DNA of 64,000 nucleotides from contig CM059431.1 of assembly GCA_030390025.1 (NCBI GenBank), positions 121,894,001 to 121,958,000 on the forward strand. Reading direction: 5' to 3'. The notes beneath the pieces are model-generated. The model did not search any database and was not told the origin of the DNA. It worked only from the letters and a program-made list of their open reading frames with translations. The first letter of the stretch is position 1. The number at the start of each line of letters is the position of its first letter. This stretch comes from Squalus acanthias. Lineage: Eukaryota. The position numbers were made by a program, and so were the translations under genes. Positions 49,943-61,599 of this stretch are shown here, piece by piece.

Positions 49943-50227
49943 AAACAACTTGCATTTATATAGCGCCTTCAATGTAATAAAACATCCGAAGGAGCTTCAC
50001 AGGAGCGTTAGCAAACAAAATTTGACACTGAGCCATACAAGCAGATATTAGGACAGATGTCCCAAAAGCTTGGTCAAAGAGATAGGTTTTAAGGAGTGTC
50101 TTAAAGGAGGAGAAAGGTAAAGAGGCAGAGAGGTTTAGGGAGGGAATTCTAGAATTTAGGCCCTAGGCAGCTGAAAGCACAGCCGCCAATGGTAGACCGA
50201 TTAAAATAGGGGATGCTCAAGAGGCCA
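49943..50227 (-). mobile_element. L2 LINE 3' end
   Basis: Reverse-complement match to 51905-52197. Confidence 0.85.
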
Positions 50228-51439
50228 ACACACAAAAATGATAGTTCAAATAGAGCAAGGGATCCAACCTCAAGTGGAGGCTTTTCAAACAAAGAATCTG
50301 GTTGCATCCAAAAATGTGACACTGAGAACTGCCCCCCCCCATACTAAACATAAACTGCCATCTTTTGAACTACACAATCATAGGAATAGACCAAATATAG
50401 CATACTACCAAATATTAATATCTTCTGAAGAGAGGACTAAGCAGGTCACCCAAATACTGAGGAAAGTACCTTTAATAATTCAGCTTGCCCCACCCGCACA
50501 AGGGATAGGCAAGTGAAGACAAACTGCACCAAAATGGTTCCCATTTCAAACAATTTATTGGGAGCACTTCATTCTATAGATTCCCTCTTAAAAGTCAGAT
50601 TTCAGGAAGATGATGCTAAACTAGTTACCTTTTCAGATTTCTGTTTGTTGAGTTGTGCTCCCTGCCTCGATCCCCCTAACAGCTTCATACAGCTCTCGGA
50701 AAAGTTTAGGTATCGTAGGTGGCTTCCTTTGTGGAGGGTAGTTCGATTCCTGATCCAGAGTGCGATGCTTGAAAGATTTGCTTTTGTTAACATAATAGTA
50801 CTCTGGCTGCTTAAATAAAATCTACATTACCTCCCAAGCCAATGAATGCACAGAGAGTTAAATCCGGATTCTCTGATGAGCTTGCAGACAATTGGGAACA
50901 GGAATCCCCCGTATGTAAGAAAGTGAAGGAGGAGAAGTAAGAAAGGAGAAGACCGAGGGATTAAAGAGACGTCAATGTATGGCTTGCTCCAACCCGTAAA
51001 GCACTTGCTCCATGTAGCCTCACCCCTGGAATAGAAATCTCACATAAACCACAACTAGTGACTTTCATTGAGATTTTCATGTCTGTTTCTCCGTGGACTA
51101 CAGTCGTAAGTAGTTGGGCTGACATATGTAAGTCGTTGATACCAATTTCCAAAATAGACCCAAGAGTAAGTCATGTCTGTAATTTTCTGATATACGCTGA
51201 TTTCCCTCTCATGTACAGGAACCCTTGTATGATATTGCAGATTCAGATTCAGCAGGTTGCCCTGCAAGTTCTTCAGTAACATGGAAAATCCATCACAGAG
51301 GATGTTAATCTTATTGTTTTCCCCTGACCTTGAACACAAACATATTTATGCAACTGGTGAATCTACATACAAGGGGAAAGAAGGCATGCCACTAAACACA
51401 CTGGGCAGGGTTTGTTCACCAGAGTGCCACATAACATAT

Positions 51440-52197
51440 GTCTGAAGCTGAACCACACTGTCCGCAACCTTGGTGTCATATTTGACCCTGAAATGAGCTT
51501 CCGACCACATATCTGCAGCATAACTAAGACCGCCTATTTCCACCTCTGTAACATCGCTCGTCTTTGCCCTTGCCTCAGCTCATCTGCTGCTGAAACCCTC
51601 ATCCATGCCTTTGTTACCTCTAGACTTGACTATTCCAATGCACGCCTGGCTGGCATCCGACATTCTACCCTACGTAAACTTGAGGTCATCCAAAACTCGG
51701 CTGCCCGTGTCCTAACTCGCACCAAGTCCCATTCACCCATCACCCCTGTGCTCGCTGACGTACATTGGCTCCCGGTTAAGCAATGCCTCGATTTCAAAAT
51801 TCTCATCCTTGTTTTCAAATCCCTCCATGGCCTCGCCCCTCCCTATCTCTGTAATCTCCTCCAGCCCCATAACCCCCCGAGATATCTGCGCTCCTCTAAT
51901 TTCTCTCTTGAGCATCCCTGATTATAATTGCTCAAGCATTGGTGGCCGTACCTTCTGTTGCCTAGGCCCTAAGCTCTGGAATTCCCTGCCTAAACCTCTC
52001 TGCCTCTCTACCTCTCTTTCCTCCTTTAAGACGCTCCTTAAAACTTACCTCTTTGACCAAGTTTTTGGTCACCTGCCCTAATTTCTCCTTATGTGGCTCG
52101 GTGTCAAATTGTTTGCCTGATAATACTCCTGTGCAGTACCTTGGGACGTTTTACTATGCTGAAGACACTATATAATTACATGTGTTGTTGTTGTTGT
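51440..52197 (+). mobile_element. L2 LINE 3' fragment
   Basis: VRNLGVIFD..ETLIHAFVTSRLDYSN..QNSAARVL..ITPVLADVHWLP; (ttg)n tail. Confidence 0.93.
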
Positions 52198-52779
52198 AAT
52201 TACAGATAGGCATTGAAACAGACTGCAGTCCACTTCATATTCCAACACTATCCTTTATCAAAGCTTAAATTCAGGCTGCTGCTCTTCAGCAGCTGCCTAT
52301 GTCTTGAACTAAAGGGCAAGATTAATAGCTTACTGCACAGAATGGCAAGGCTAGATATACTCTCATTAAACAGCATTACTGGAACTCAGCACCTAGTTAT
52401 ACCAGATGTTGCATGGTTAGCCCATTCAGCCTGTTCCTTAGAGGAGACTCTGCATGGTAGTTGCATTAAGTAGACGTATGTTGAGCCAGCTATATCAATA
52501 CTTATTTCATGGTGTCCCAGGGTTTCACTCCTACACCTATTCACATCTTCTTAAAACTGCAGCCCATCTGCCTTTTGTGGATACTAGGTAAGGGAACAGT
52601 AACTGACCTCTGCCTAAATGGGATTCATGAAAATCCCTCTGGTCCTCTATCTACCCCGGCTTCTGGAGGAGAAAGAGCAGGATCAGAGGAAGTATGCTTA
52701 CAGGCCAGCCCAGATATCCTTGATGACTGTAACCTGATGCACTTTACACCATTTTGCCAGTGAACAGGTGCAGAAGAAG

Positions 52780-53290
52780 ACAACCTGTCATCAGCAGTGG
52801 CAAAAGAAAACCCCATAGGTCAGCCAACTAGTGCAACTCTGTGATCATGCAGCATACATGTGTTGACTGCCAAATGCATTGATATGGCAATGCTAAAACA
52901 TGACACACTGGTTCACAACGGTGAACCGTTGCCAGAGTATTGTGCATTCTCCCTTTGTGATGCTCCATCAAGCTTACAGTAACATGCTATTAAGGTGTAT
53001 TGCAAGACAACATTGCAAAATTAAGCAAAGTATGAGCAACTTGGCATCCTACTTAAGATTAGCGAATGTCTTTCACATCTGCTTCCAGTATCTGCTCACA
53101 GGTGAGACAGAATTCAGTCTTTCTGCTACCTTCATCCAGGCTCTTTCTTCAGAGAGGAATGTCCCTCTGCTTCAAAAAGGACCACCCTTCTCTCCAATAC
53201 CTCCTGCAAAAGGGCCTCCAAAGCTGCATCCTGGAAGGGTGCCATTCATTGCCCTGATCTTGCTGATATTTCTACTCCTCGACAGTCATA
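52780..53290 (-). pseudogene. Decayed Harbinger Myb/SANT relic
   Basis: Minus strand MAPFQDAALEALLQEVLERRVVLF..RAWMKVAERLNSVSPVSRYWKQM*KTFANL. Confidence 0.65.
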
Positions 53291-53386
53291 CAGCTTTAAG
53301 GCAACCAGATGCTCTTTAAAAGCTGGTGGCACCAGATAACATGGCCTTTTTCTTCAAGTGATGTGCACAAGGAGTGCTAATGTAAT

Positions 53387-54113
53387 GGCCCGGAATTTGC
53401 GGTCGCCTTCGCTTCGCTGCTGACCTTGAAGTACGCTTTGCACAAGGATCTCGCAATCCTTGTGTCGAGAACTTCGGGTTTTCCGACCTTCAATTCAAAT
53501 CAACGAACTGTAGTGGGGATCCCCTCGTTCGAACTGCTGTGACGACAACAGGCTGTCTAAGCAGCCAATCAAAAGGCAGAATTCTCACAGACAGCGAACA
53601 AGGAAGTGAGTAAACTCTTAAAATTCTAAAATAGTTAGAGAGAGCAAAAGATAGATTGGGCTCTCACATGGGGAAAAGGCAAATCTGAAAATATTTTCTG
53701 AAAAGTTTCTTAAAAATTTTAATTTTTATTAAAATGGACAAATTTCACACTGCACAAAATTAGAATTAGTTTTCCAGGTCCTTAAACATTTGTTTAGCAG
53801 GAATAACACTGTTAAAGCCCCAGTTACACCTAATCCCTTTGGGTCTAACTTTTAGTGGGGAATTTGACAGCGTAATTACTGCGGAAGAGCTGAAGTTTAT
53901 GTCAGTTTCAATGATTTGGCCGATTACACAGATTGCCGGCTCTGTGGAGGAGGCGGGCATAGTGCAGCCTGTTTCGGAGCTGTCAATGACTGACCGCGAC
54001 CTCGGGATTTCCGCATGCGCCTGCGCCAAGTCCCGAAGTTTCGGTCAGTTTCAAAGGCGGAATGAGGGCGAACGCTGCCAGTTCACCGTCATCCCGACCA
54101 CAAATTCCAGGCC
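53387..54113. mobile_element. Harbinger-type MITE
   Basis: TIR ggcccggaatttgcggtcg and (rc) ggcctggaatttgtggtcg; flanks AAT/AAC. Confidence 0.82.
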
Positions 54114-54136
54114 AACATATCAAGGATAATTATAAT

Positions 54137-54269
54137 AACAGAAGGGTCACAGACCTGAAACGTTAACTCTGTTTCTCTCTCCATGGATGCTGCCTGGCCT
54201 GCTGAGTGCTTCCAGCATTTTCTGTTGTTATTTCAGATTTCCAGCATCCGCAGTATTTTGCTATTGTAT
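54137..54269 (+). mobile_element. Short Penelope pLTR fragment with a 15-bp flanking direct repeat
   Basis: gggtcacagacctgaaacgttaact...; AAGGATAATTATAAT at 54122-54136 and 54270-54284. Confidence 0.85.
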
Positions 54270-55613
54270 AAGGATAATTATAATGCAAGTTCAGCTCATA
54301 GTGCTACAGGTGCACACAGTGTCCAAAGAGCAGTGTTACTGCTGTGACAGCATTGGGAGCACTTTCTTTCCCCCATCGTCTTTTTTGTAATTAACACATT
54401 ATTTGTCTATAATAAAAATGTGAAACATTTACTGTTATATGCACCTTACTCTGGCAAGTAGAAAGAAAGAACTTGCATTTATATAGCACCTTTCATGACC
54501 TCAATTTATTTATCATTTGATTTAGGTAGTTGAATCTGAATGCAATACTCCAACTGCTGAAATGTGTTCTCTTATTAAATAACACTATCGGTTCTAGAGT
54601 GGTCTCCACAACACCAGAAATAAATTTGAAACCTTACCTTTGTGCACTATAACTGTGTCATATGGCATTCCATTTTATGAAAGAAAATGTTTAGTCCACT
54701 ACATTCCCACTTTGACTGCAAAAAAATATTTAGTGATTCATAAGTGATGTTATAACCTGTGTTTTGTTGATTGCTATGAAGTGAGCTTGATCTAATACTA
54801 CACACGTAATCTGTGTACATTTTCAATAGTAAAAATCAATCATTTTGATTTAGAGAATAATGACTGCCTCGGTTGCCACAGCCCTCTGTGAGATTCGTCT
54901 GAGCAGATCAATGCAATTCTCAGCAAGTGCGTGTCTATAGCACAAAACTTCCCACAACACAGCACTAATTGGAAATTGGACTCCGAAAGGGCATGAAGAT
55001 GGCTGGTATGAGAAATGGAACAATTGACACTGGAGTAATTGGAGGTCTTCTCCCTGCGAGAGGATAGGGAATTTTACTCTGCAGCCAGACTGCGCTGCAC
55101 CTGACCTGGTAGTGTGTGATGCTTATATTGAGAAAACAAAGTGGAAAGGTTTGCCATTCCTCAGCACTACCATCCTTCACCATAATAAGCAGAAAATAAA
55201 TCACCAACAAAAACTTGGTAGAGCAATAATATTACATTTGTTCTGTCAGCATCTGTGTCAATAATTCAGTTACATTACTACATATATAGATAATAGTCAA
55301 ATGGGTCTTTCCGACTTTGAAGTAAGAATAGTTAACATTTTAATTGTGAATATTTCAGAAATGGTTTCATCTTTAAAACTGGTACTTATATTATTGGTAA
55401 TTATTTTAATTGTGCATTGAAAATCTCAATTTCATTTTTGATCAGTTATAATGACCACATACATGTAAAACTAGAAAAAGGGGAAAAACTGACTGGCACC
55501 TCCAAAATAGCCCCCAAAAAGCTGACAATTTAAAACAGTCCTGAATATAGGTGTATGAAATGTTGTTACATAGAAAGTGCAGTGGAGCACTGGCTTCTGG
55601 TAACTTAAGCTGA

Positions 55614-56432
55614 GGGGGCGATTTTTCCAGCCCTGGGGAGGTGGGTATGGAGGCTGGACTGCCGGGAAAATTGCAGAATTTAGGGGCGGGTGTCCAACCA
55701 GGCCCCAACCCACCTCCATGCCATCTTCCCAGGAGGCGGGTAGCCATCCTGCGCCGGGTCCCGTCTCCTTGGAGGCGGGAAGGGATTAAAGCCTATTTAC
55801 ATAATAGGATTATCCTCTTTTTGCCCTCACAAGTGCGGGCTTCCCGAAGGCTCCAAAACACACCAGCTCAGCGAGGCGCGTACTGGGTCTGCGGGGGTTG
55901 GGGGGGGTGCAAAATTGTGCTGTGAAGGTAAGCGATGGGTGCAAGAGTGTAGAGGTGAGTATCTGAGGTAAGAGCAAAATGTTCGTAAAAGTGTACTTAA
56001 CCTTTGTTTCTTCCTGCAAGCTTCAGTCGGTTTGAATGCGGAGAGTCTCGCACCTCCGTGTTGCAGATGAGAGATGGCCGTTGCATTCTCATATGCAACA
56101 ACCATCTCATTTCTGTAAAAGAAAGAAGGCTGATGAGGTCTTGTATGCAAGACCTCATCAAACTGCAGAGAATGTCAGTGTTTGACAGCTTCACAGAGCT
56201 GTCAAACGATGACAATTCATCTGTCAAAAATTTTTGAAAGATGAAACGTCATACATTGACGTGCTCTGCAACCGGCTTTCCATTGATTGGCCTGCTAAGC
56301 CCGCTGGGTGGGCTTAACAAGGTCAATGAGGGGAAAATAGCGTGGGTTGGCCTCAAATCGATGGATGCGGGACATCGACCCGACAAGCAGCAGTCCCGCC
56401 TCCAACGCACCACCATTCACAAACTCGCTCCC
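55614..56432. mobile_element. Harbinger-type MITE with internal hairpins, TSD TGA
   Basis: TIR gggggcgatttt and (rc) gggagcgagttt, flanked by TGA on both sides. Confidence 0.8.
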
Positions 56433-57866
56433 TGAATGTTTACCAAATGTTCCATTTCTTGTATAGTGGTGGCGGGGTTGGCGGGCGGTGAGGGGGAACA
56501 AGGTAACAGAAAGCTTAAAAGGTGTTATGAGTGCTCATATGTGAGATTGATTTTTTAGGATTCATATGGCGGTATGGTCTCCAGAATCTTTTAGTTTTTG
56601 ACAGTTTCATTGGTGCATTTTCTGCTGTTAACTACTGTAATTCTGTCATGGAGTCACCTGGTTTAAAAATCCAAACACAGGCACAAACTTGAGCCTTACG
56701 AAGTTCCCCGTGCCCCTGTTAACAGCTGGAGCATTAAACATAGAACCAGATTCACTGATGTGTGCAGAGTTCCTCTGCACTTAGGAAAATTACTGGACCG
56801 AAGCTTTGAAACTGATCTATGGGCTCATTAGAGTGCTGGGAGTTTGGATTCCACTGATTTGTAGCCGCTAGCACTGACAGGGGGACACTGGGCCTGAAAA
56901 CACTGGGAGCAGACTTTCCTATTTCGTACTTGAGCATAAAGCATTGTCTGGGGGGGAGTGCAAAGAGGAAAATTGGGCAGCAAGGATCACACATGTGTAA
57001 TACGGGCTGCCTGATTTTCTGATCATTTAAATTAATGGACGGAAAATTGTCTGAGCTGTGTTATGTGCATGCATTCCTCCTCGTAGATTTTACCCCTGGA
57101 ATTCCACCTAGATAACACTTAATGGCCAAGTGCCAAAGGGGGAAAACTGAATAAAAGGCAACCAGTTGGCTTGTCCGTGACTATATTCTGCACTGTTATT
57201 AAAACCCAACTCAATTGCAGTGGGAATAGGCCACACAATGGTTGCAACCATTTATTGTTACCTTGGAGTAAAAGAAAAACCTGTCTAAACATGTTGGCGA
57301 CTTAGTGGAGAGAGATCGCCAAATATTGAATGTGAATTTCCATGAACTTCTCCCACTTGTCCGCATTTACACTATTTTTCCTGGGGTTTCTGCGGCTCTT
57401 CTGCCAATGTTATGGTATAGGACCTTGGAGAATCCCCACGGAAATTACTTCCCCCCCTCCACAACCCCTAATTTCCTACCTTTTTTCCTCTCTTTAACAC
57501 AGTTTATCAAGAAAAAAATCTTAATGTGTCAACAGTAATACAGAAGGCTAGCACACTGTGATCTTATGCCAGTGGCTGTTTCCAAGTATGAGTTGGAAAG
57601 GTTAGGGGACTAAGTCAAGCATCAGGGTGACGGTTTCTGCTACTGACTCAGTGACTAGATCTCTTTTTCATCACATACTACATCACTATGCAAAGATGAA
57701 ACAAAAAAAAATTGCTAAAACAGGATTTCAGGCATGTTAGGACTAATAGACTGCATATGTACATCACCGTATGCTTCACAGACTGCTGAATATAAATCAA
57801 CAGAATACATTAAATTAAATAAATCTACAGATTGAGATGATGTAGTTGATTGGCCTAAGAGCCCAT

Positions 57867-58048
57867 GGCCTAGAAGTTTGTCTCGGGTGGTGGTGCAAAA
57901 CGAATGGTATCGGATTGGCCACCTGTTATAGGCAGCGTCTGATGTTCAGTTCCATTGCAGTCAAAATATAAAAAAGGCGCTGAGTATAACGGGCGGCCGA
58001 TCTGATACCACCCGTTTTGCAGCACTACCCAAGATGAATTTCTAGGCC
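57867..58048. mobile_element. 182-bp fold-back MITE, TSD CAT
   Basis: Long imperfect TIRs ggcctagaa...gttata and tataac...ttctaggcc; CAT on both sides. Confidence 0.85.
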
Positions 58049-58499
58049 CATGTGATTTGCTCAGTTACCAAAACAACCACAGTTTTTATTTTACTTTATT
58101 TTTATTTCTGGAGGTCCCCCATTACAGTGTTGAGTGTCTAAAAAAAAATATTGTTTTATATTTTGACAATAATTAATTTTAAGTTCAATTAATTACAGTT
58201 GTCATCTTATTCGTGGGCTATGTTATTGTACCTACCTGCCCTGAGAGAAAGAAAGAACATCTAAATTTATGATAGGGATTGATTTGTTTGTAAGTGTTCA
58301 AAGATCACCTTTCAACAAATAAATGCTTCCTTCTTATCCCCATAGTTAAGCACCGGGCATAATAAGAAATTTAAAAAACATGCAAGAAATCAGAAATAAA
58401 AATAGAATTGCTGGAAATGCAGAGCAGATCAGTCTCCGTTTCTGATAAAGGATCCCATCCAAAATGGCTACCTTGCTTTCATGAACATCCAGGGATACT

Positions 58500-59624
58500 G
58501 ATGATCCCTGCATGTTCAGTATGAAGTTTGGCCAGAATTCTAACTCTCAAAGAAGTAGGTACCACCACTCTGTTTCCCCACTTGATACAACCTTGCTCAC
58601 AAAACAATTCAGTACGACGGTTATAGAATGGTTTCAACTCTGTGTCCAGACACAGATCAGTCCATCAACTCAAGATGTTTTCATAGACTCTTTTCAATAC
58701 TGAGTCCTTTTTAGTCTCATCTGCAATCTCAATTGCATTCACGGGAAAGTCTTTGTCAACTGCACCTAGCGTGAAAATCTCACCTTCCCTCCCAACACAT
58801 GAGTCTTCATGTGGCAACCTGGACAAGGCATCTGCAATTGTGTTTTGCTTTGAATGCAATATTCAATCGTGTAGTCATATTGTGACAACAACACTGCCCA
58901 TCATTGCATTCTTGATGCGGCCATTGCAGCGATAACAATTCACTGAACTGCTCTCACCGACATGCCTTTGACTTGGTCTCGCAACTTTAGGTTTGGCGGT
59001 GGCTTTGTGACTGTAGACCTCAGCTGCACTAGTCACTTGAGTTGGATGGAGCTCCATAGCATTCTTAGATGCCATCTCCATAGATAGGGCAATTTTGCAT
59101 GCTATGTCAAACGTGATGTTCGGAGTATTCAGTAACTTGGACTGTGTGCGCTCATCCACCAGTCCACAAACAAACTTATCTCGCAACGCACAATCCAAAA
59201 ATGTGCCGAAATTACAAGGCAAAGACAGGTTCTTAAGAGCTACAATATACTCACTGATGGTTTCACTTTGTTTTTGGTTTCTGGTACCAAACTTATGGCT
59301 CTCGGCTATTTCTAATTGCTTTGGTGTGAAATGGTCCTCGAGTTTCTCGACAATGTCTTCAAATGACGCATCCTTCGCTTTTCCTGGGACGAGTAGGTTT
59401 GTCAACGTTCTGTAGACATCTGGCCCGATCTCCGTTAGAAAAATTACTTATTTACGTTCTCGAATTACTTTATTTTGAGCTTGAACATTCTCATCTGCAC
59501 CTGCGGTCTCAATAATGATATTGGCCTTAAAAAACATCTCCATTCGCTCAATGTAAGAACTGAATGGTTTGCGAACTCGGTCATATATGTCAAGGCTTCC
59601 GATGAATCCCGTAGGCGCGGCCAT
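58500..59624 (-). mobile_element. Gypsy/Ty3 LTR-retrotransposon internal relic (gag joined by deletion to RNaseH-end/integrase linker)
   Basis: ESHKFGTRNQKQSETISEYIVALK..CNFG..LRDKFVCGL, partial Zn knuckle CYRC, then IADALSRLP..WGNRVVVP..LH. Confidence 0.85.
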
Positions 59625-59639
59625 GATTGTCCCGATTCC

Positions 59640-61535
59640 GTTGAACAGTGACTCAGCACGCTACTTGTGGATCCAACCATGATACAGGGTCTGATGGCTG
59701 ATGTCTCAGTTTCCATTGCAGCACAAGCAGAAGCCAACCAACGTCTGAGTGCTGCAGTGGCAGCTTAGACTTCTGTCATGCAAGCTCAGACTGCTGCCGT
59801 CATGGCTACATTTTACCAGTGTGGAAAGGGGCTTGCAAGGTGTCACAGCAGTCCAGCAATCTGTCCCCCAACAGATTACTAGGAATGCTGAGGCACCGCC
59901 CCAGGGGAGTGGCAGTGGCTCCGTGGAGCACGAAGCTGCTGTCCTCTCTCAGGATGACAACATTCGTCCTCCTACCACTCCACTCCACCATTGCCCTTGC
60001 TGTTGGCTGTCAGCCAGCCAGCCCAGACTGCTGCTGTCCATGCGGAGGTGGAGAAGTCTGCAGCCGGGCCTTCTAGGTCCAGAGATGCTCGAGGTCATCC
60101 TGCAAGGCTATCTGCAGTCTCCCCCACTGAAAGTCAACAGCCTTCCACCAGTCATGCTGCAGCCACTGGGGTAGCAATTCATAGGAGCATCAGGACAAGA
60201 AAGGGCACACAGAAGACAGGCACTAAGGGAATGCACAAGGGTGATTAGTTGACTTTGTTATGTGATATTGGATGGATTGATGTATAAAGTTGGATTGGAA
60301 TGTTTCTTTTGTGGTGCCTTTTATTTCAGCATTGTGGCCAAGAGGATGCTGTGATGGCGCCCTGAACCATGGGGAAGCCCGTTATCCTGGCAAAGCCATG
60401 TGCACGCTCTGCCTACTTCTCTCTGATCACAGAGAAGACAATGAACTCCCCACTCCTGGCATAACGAGCATCTGTCACCTCTCTTATGCAGCAGTGTATG
60501 GCGAATGGGAGATGGTACAGATGTCGCCTGCTCCAGTTTGGAAGGATCCCGACATGAGGAAATTCAGGTTCACAGTCAATGTTCCCGTTAATTTTTCTTT
60601 TTGGTGCACGGCCCCTATAAGTGGCTGCGCAGCCCATTCAAAATAGCGCACATGCGCGGTTTTTCCTATTGAAAAGCCGGCAAGCCTGCTGCATGGGAGG
60701 TCCAGAGCGTGGCGCAGCTTAAAGGGAACATTGGCGACGGTCATCTTCACAGCCACTGGCAGCGTTCTCCTTGCCCTGGTGTGAGGCTGCAGGTCTGGTT
60801 GCAAGTGCTAGCAGAGTTCTGTGAGCACCTCCTTCGTAAATTGCAGGCACCTCACACATTGCTCCTGGCTCAGGTTGAAGCCAAAGAATTGCTCTCGGAA
60901 GGCCCTAGGTGGGTAAGGCCTCCTGCTGACAGCCTTTCTCCCCCACTCCTCCTCCTCCTCCCTCTGCGAACAGCTTGTCCTCTTCTTTGCTGCCTCTGCT
61001 CCATCTCACTGTCATGCTGCAGGCCAAGGGGGATGACAACTAGAGCACCCATGACTGGGGGCAAGTGGTCTGACCAGAACCCTTGAAGTCAGAAACAAGG
61101 CCTTCTCCACTTGTAGCACCACTCCCTGTCACCTCACCAACTTTAAACAACTCTGGAGAGCTCCAAACACTTCCACAAACTTACACAGAGCCAATAGAAA
61201 TTAATCAGCGACTAACCTTAGAGTGGTTGTTGATCCGTTTAAATATCGCTGGTGGGGGTTCCTTGCTGCTGCTGAATGCATGTTCAGCTGTGCAAGGTTA
61301 AGACAGGGCGTTAGCTCCAGCGTTGAGAATGAAAATGGCAGCGCTGGCATCACGATCTGCCCACTCGGCATACTTCCGGTGCACGCTCCTAACGCCCACC
61401 CGACCATCTTCACCAAAATGGCGTCCGGGGCAGCGTGCCCCAGACGTGTGCGTGTGTGGCGCAGACACCATTTTGAGCACAAAACAACACCCGCAGCGTC
61501 AAAAAATCGGGCGCAACGGAGCGGAATTCTAGCCC
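59640..61535. mobile_element. Partial Harbinger element (Myb C-terminus on +, transposase 5' half on -)
   Basis: LPVAVKMTVA..LNFLMSGSFQ on -; low-complexity Myb tail ending RKGTQKTGTKGMHKGD* on +; TIR end ggaattctagccc. Confidence 0.75.
60577..60733. mobile_element. 157-bp hAT-type MITE inserted in the Harbinger transposase
   Basis: Perfect 10-bp TIR caatgttccc/gggaacattg; degenerate 8-bp duplication of the Thr-Val codons. Confidence 0.75.
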
Positions 61536-61599
61536 GCAATATTTTAATAATTTATTGATTTTGCACTATTATCTAAATATTCATGATTCACAGAGACAG

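Noticed and set aside
50238..53320. Endogenous RNA-virus (L protein) fragment
   Set aside because: No polymerase motifs found; 51440-52197 is L2 and 52780-53290 is a Harbinger Myb relic
56130..56165. CTGATGAG as a hammerhead core
   Set aside because: The motif is sequestered in a simple hairpin and no GAAA follows the stem
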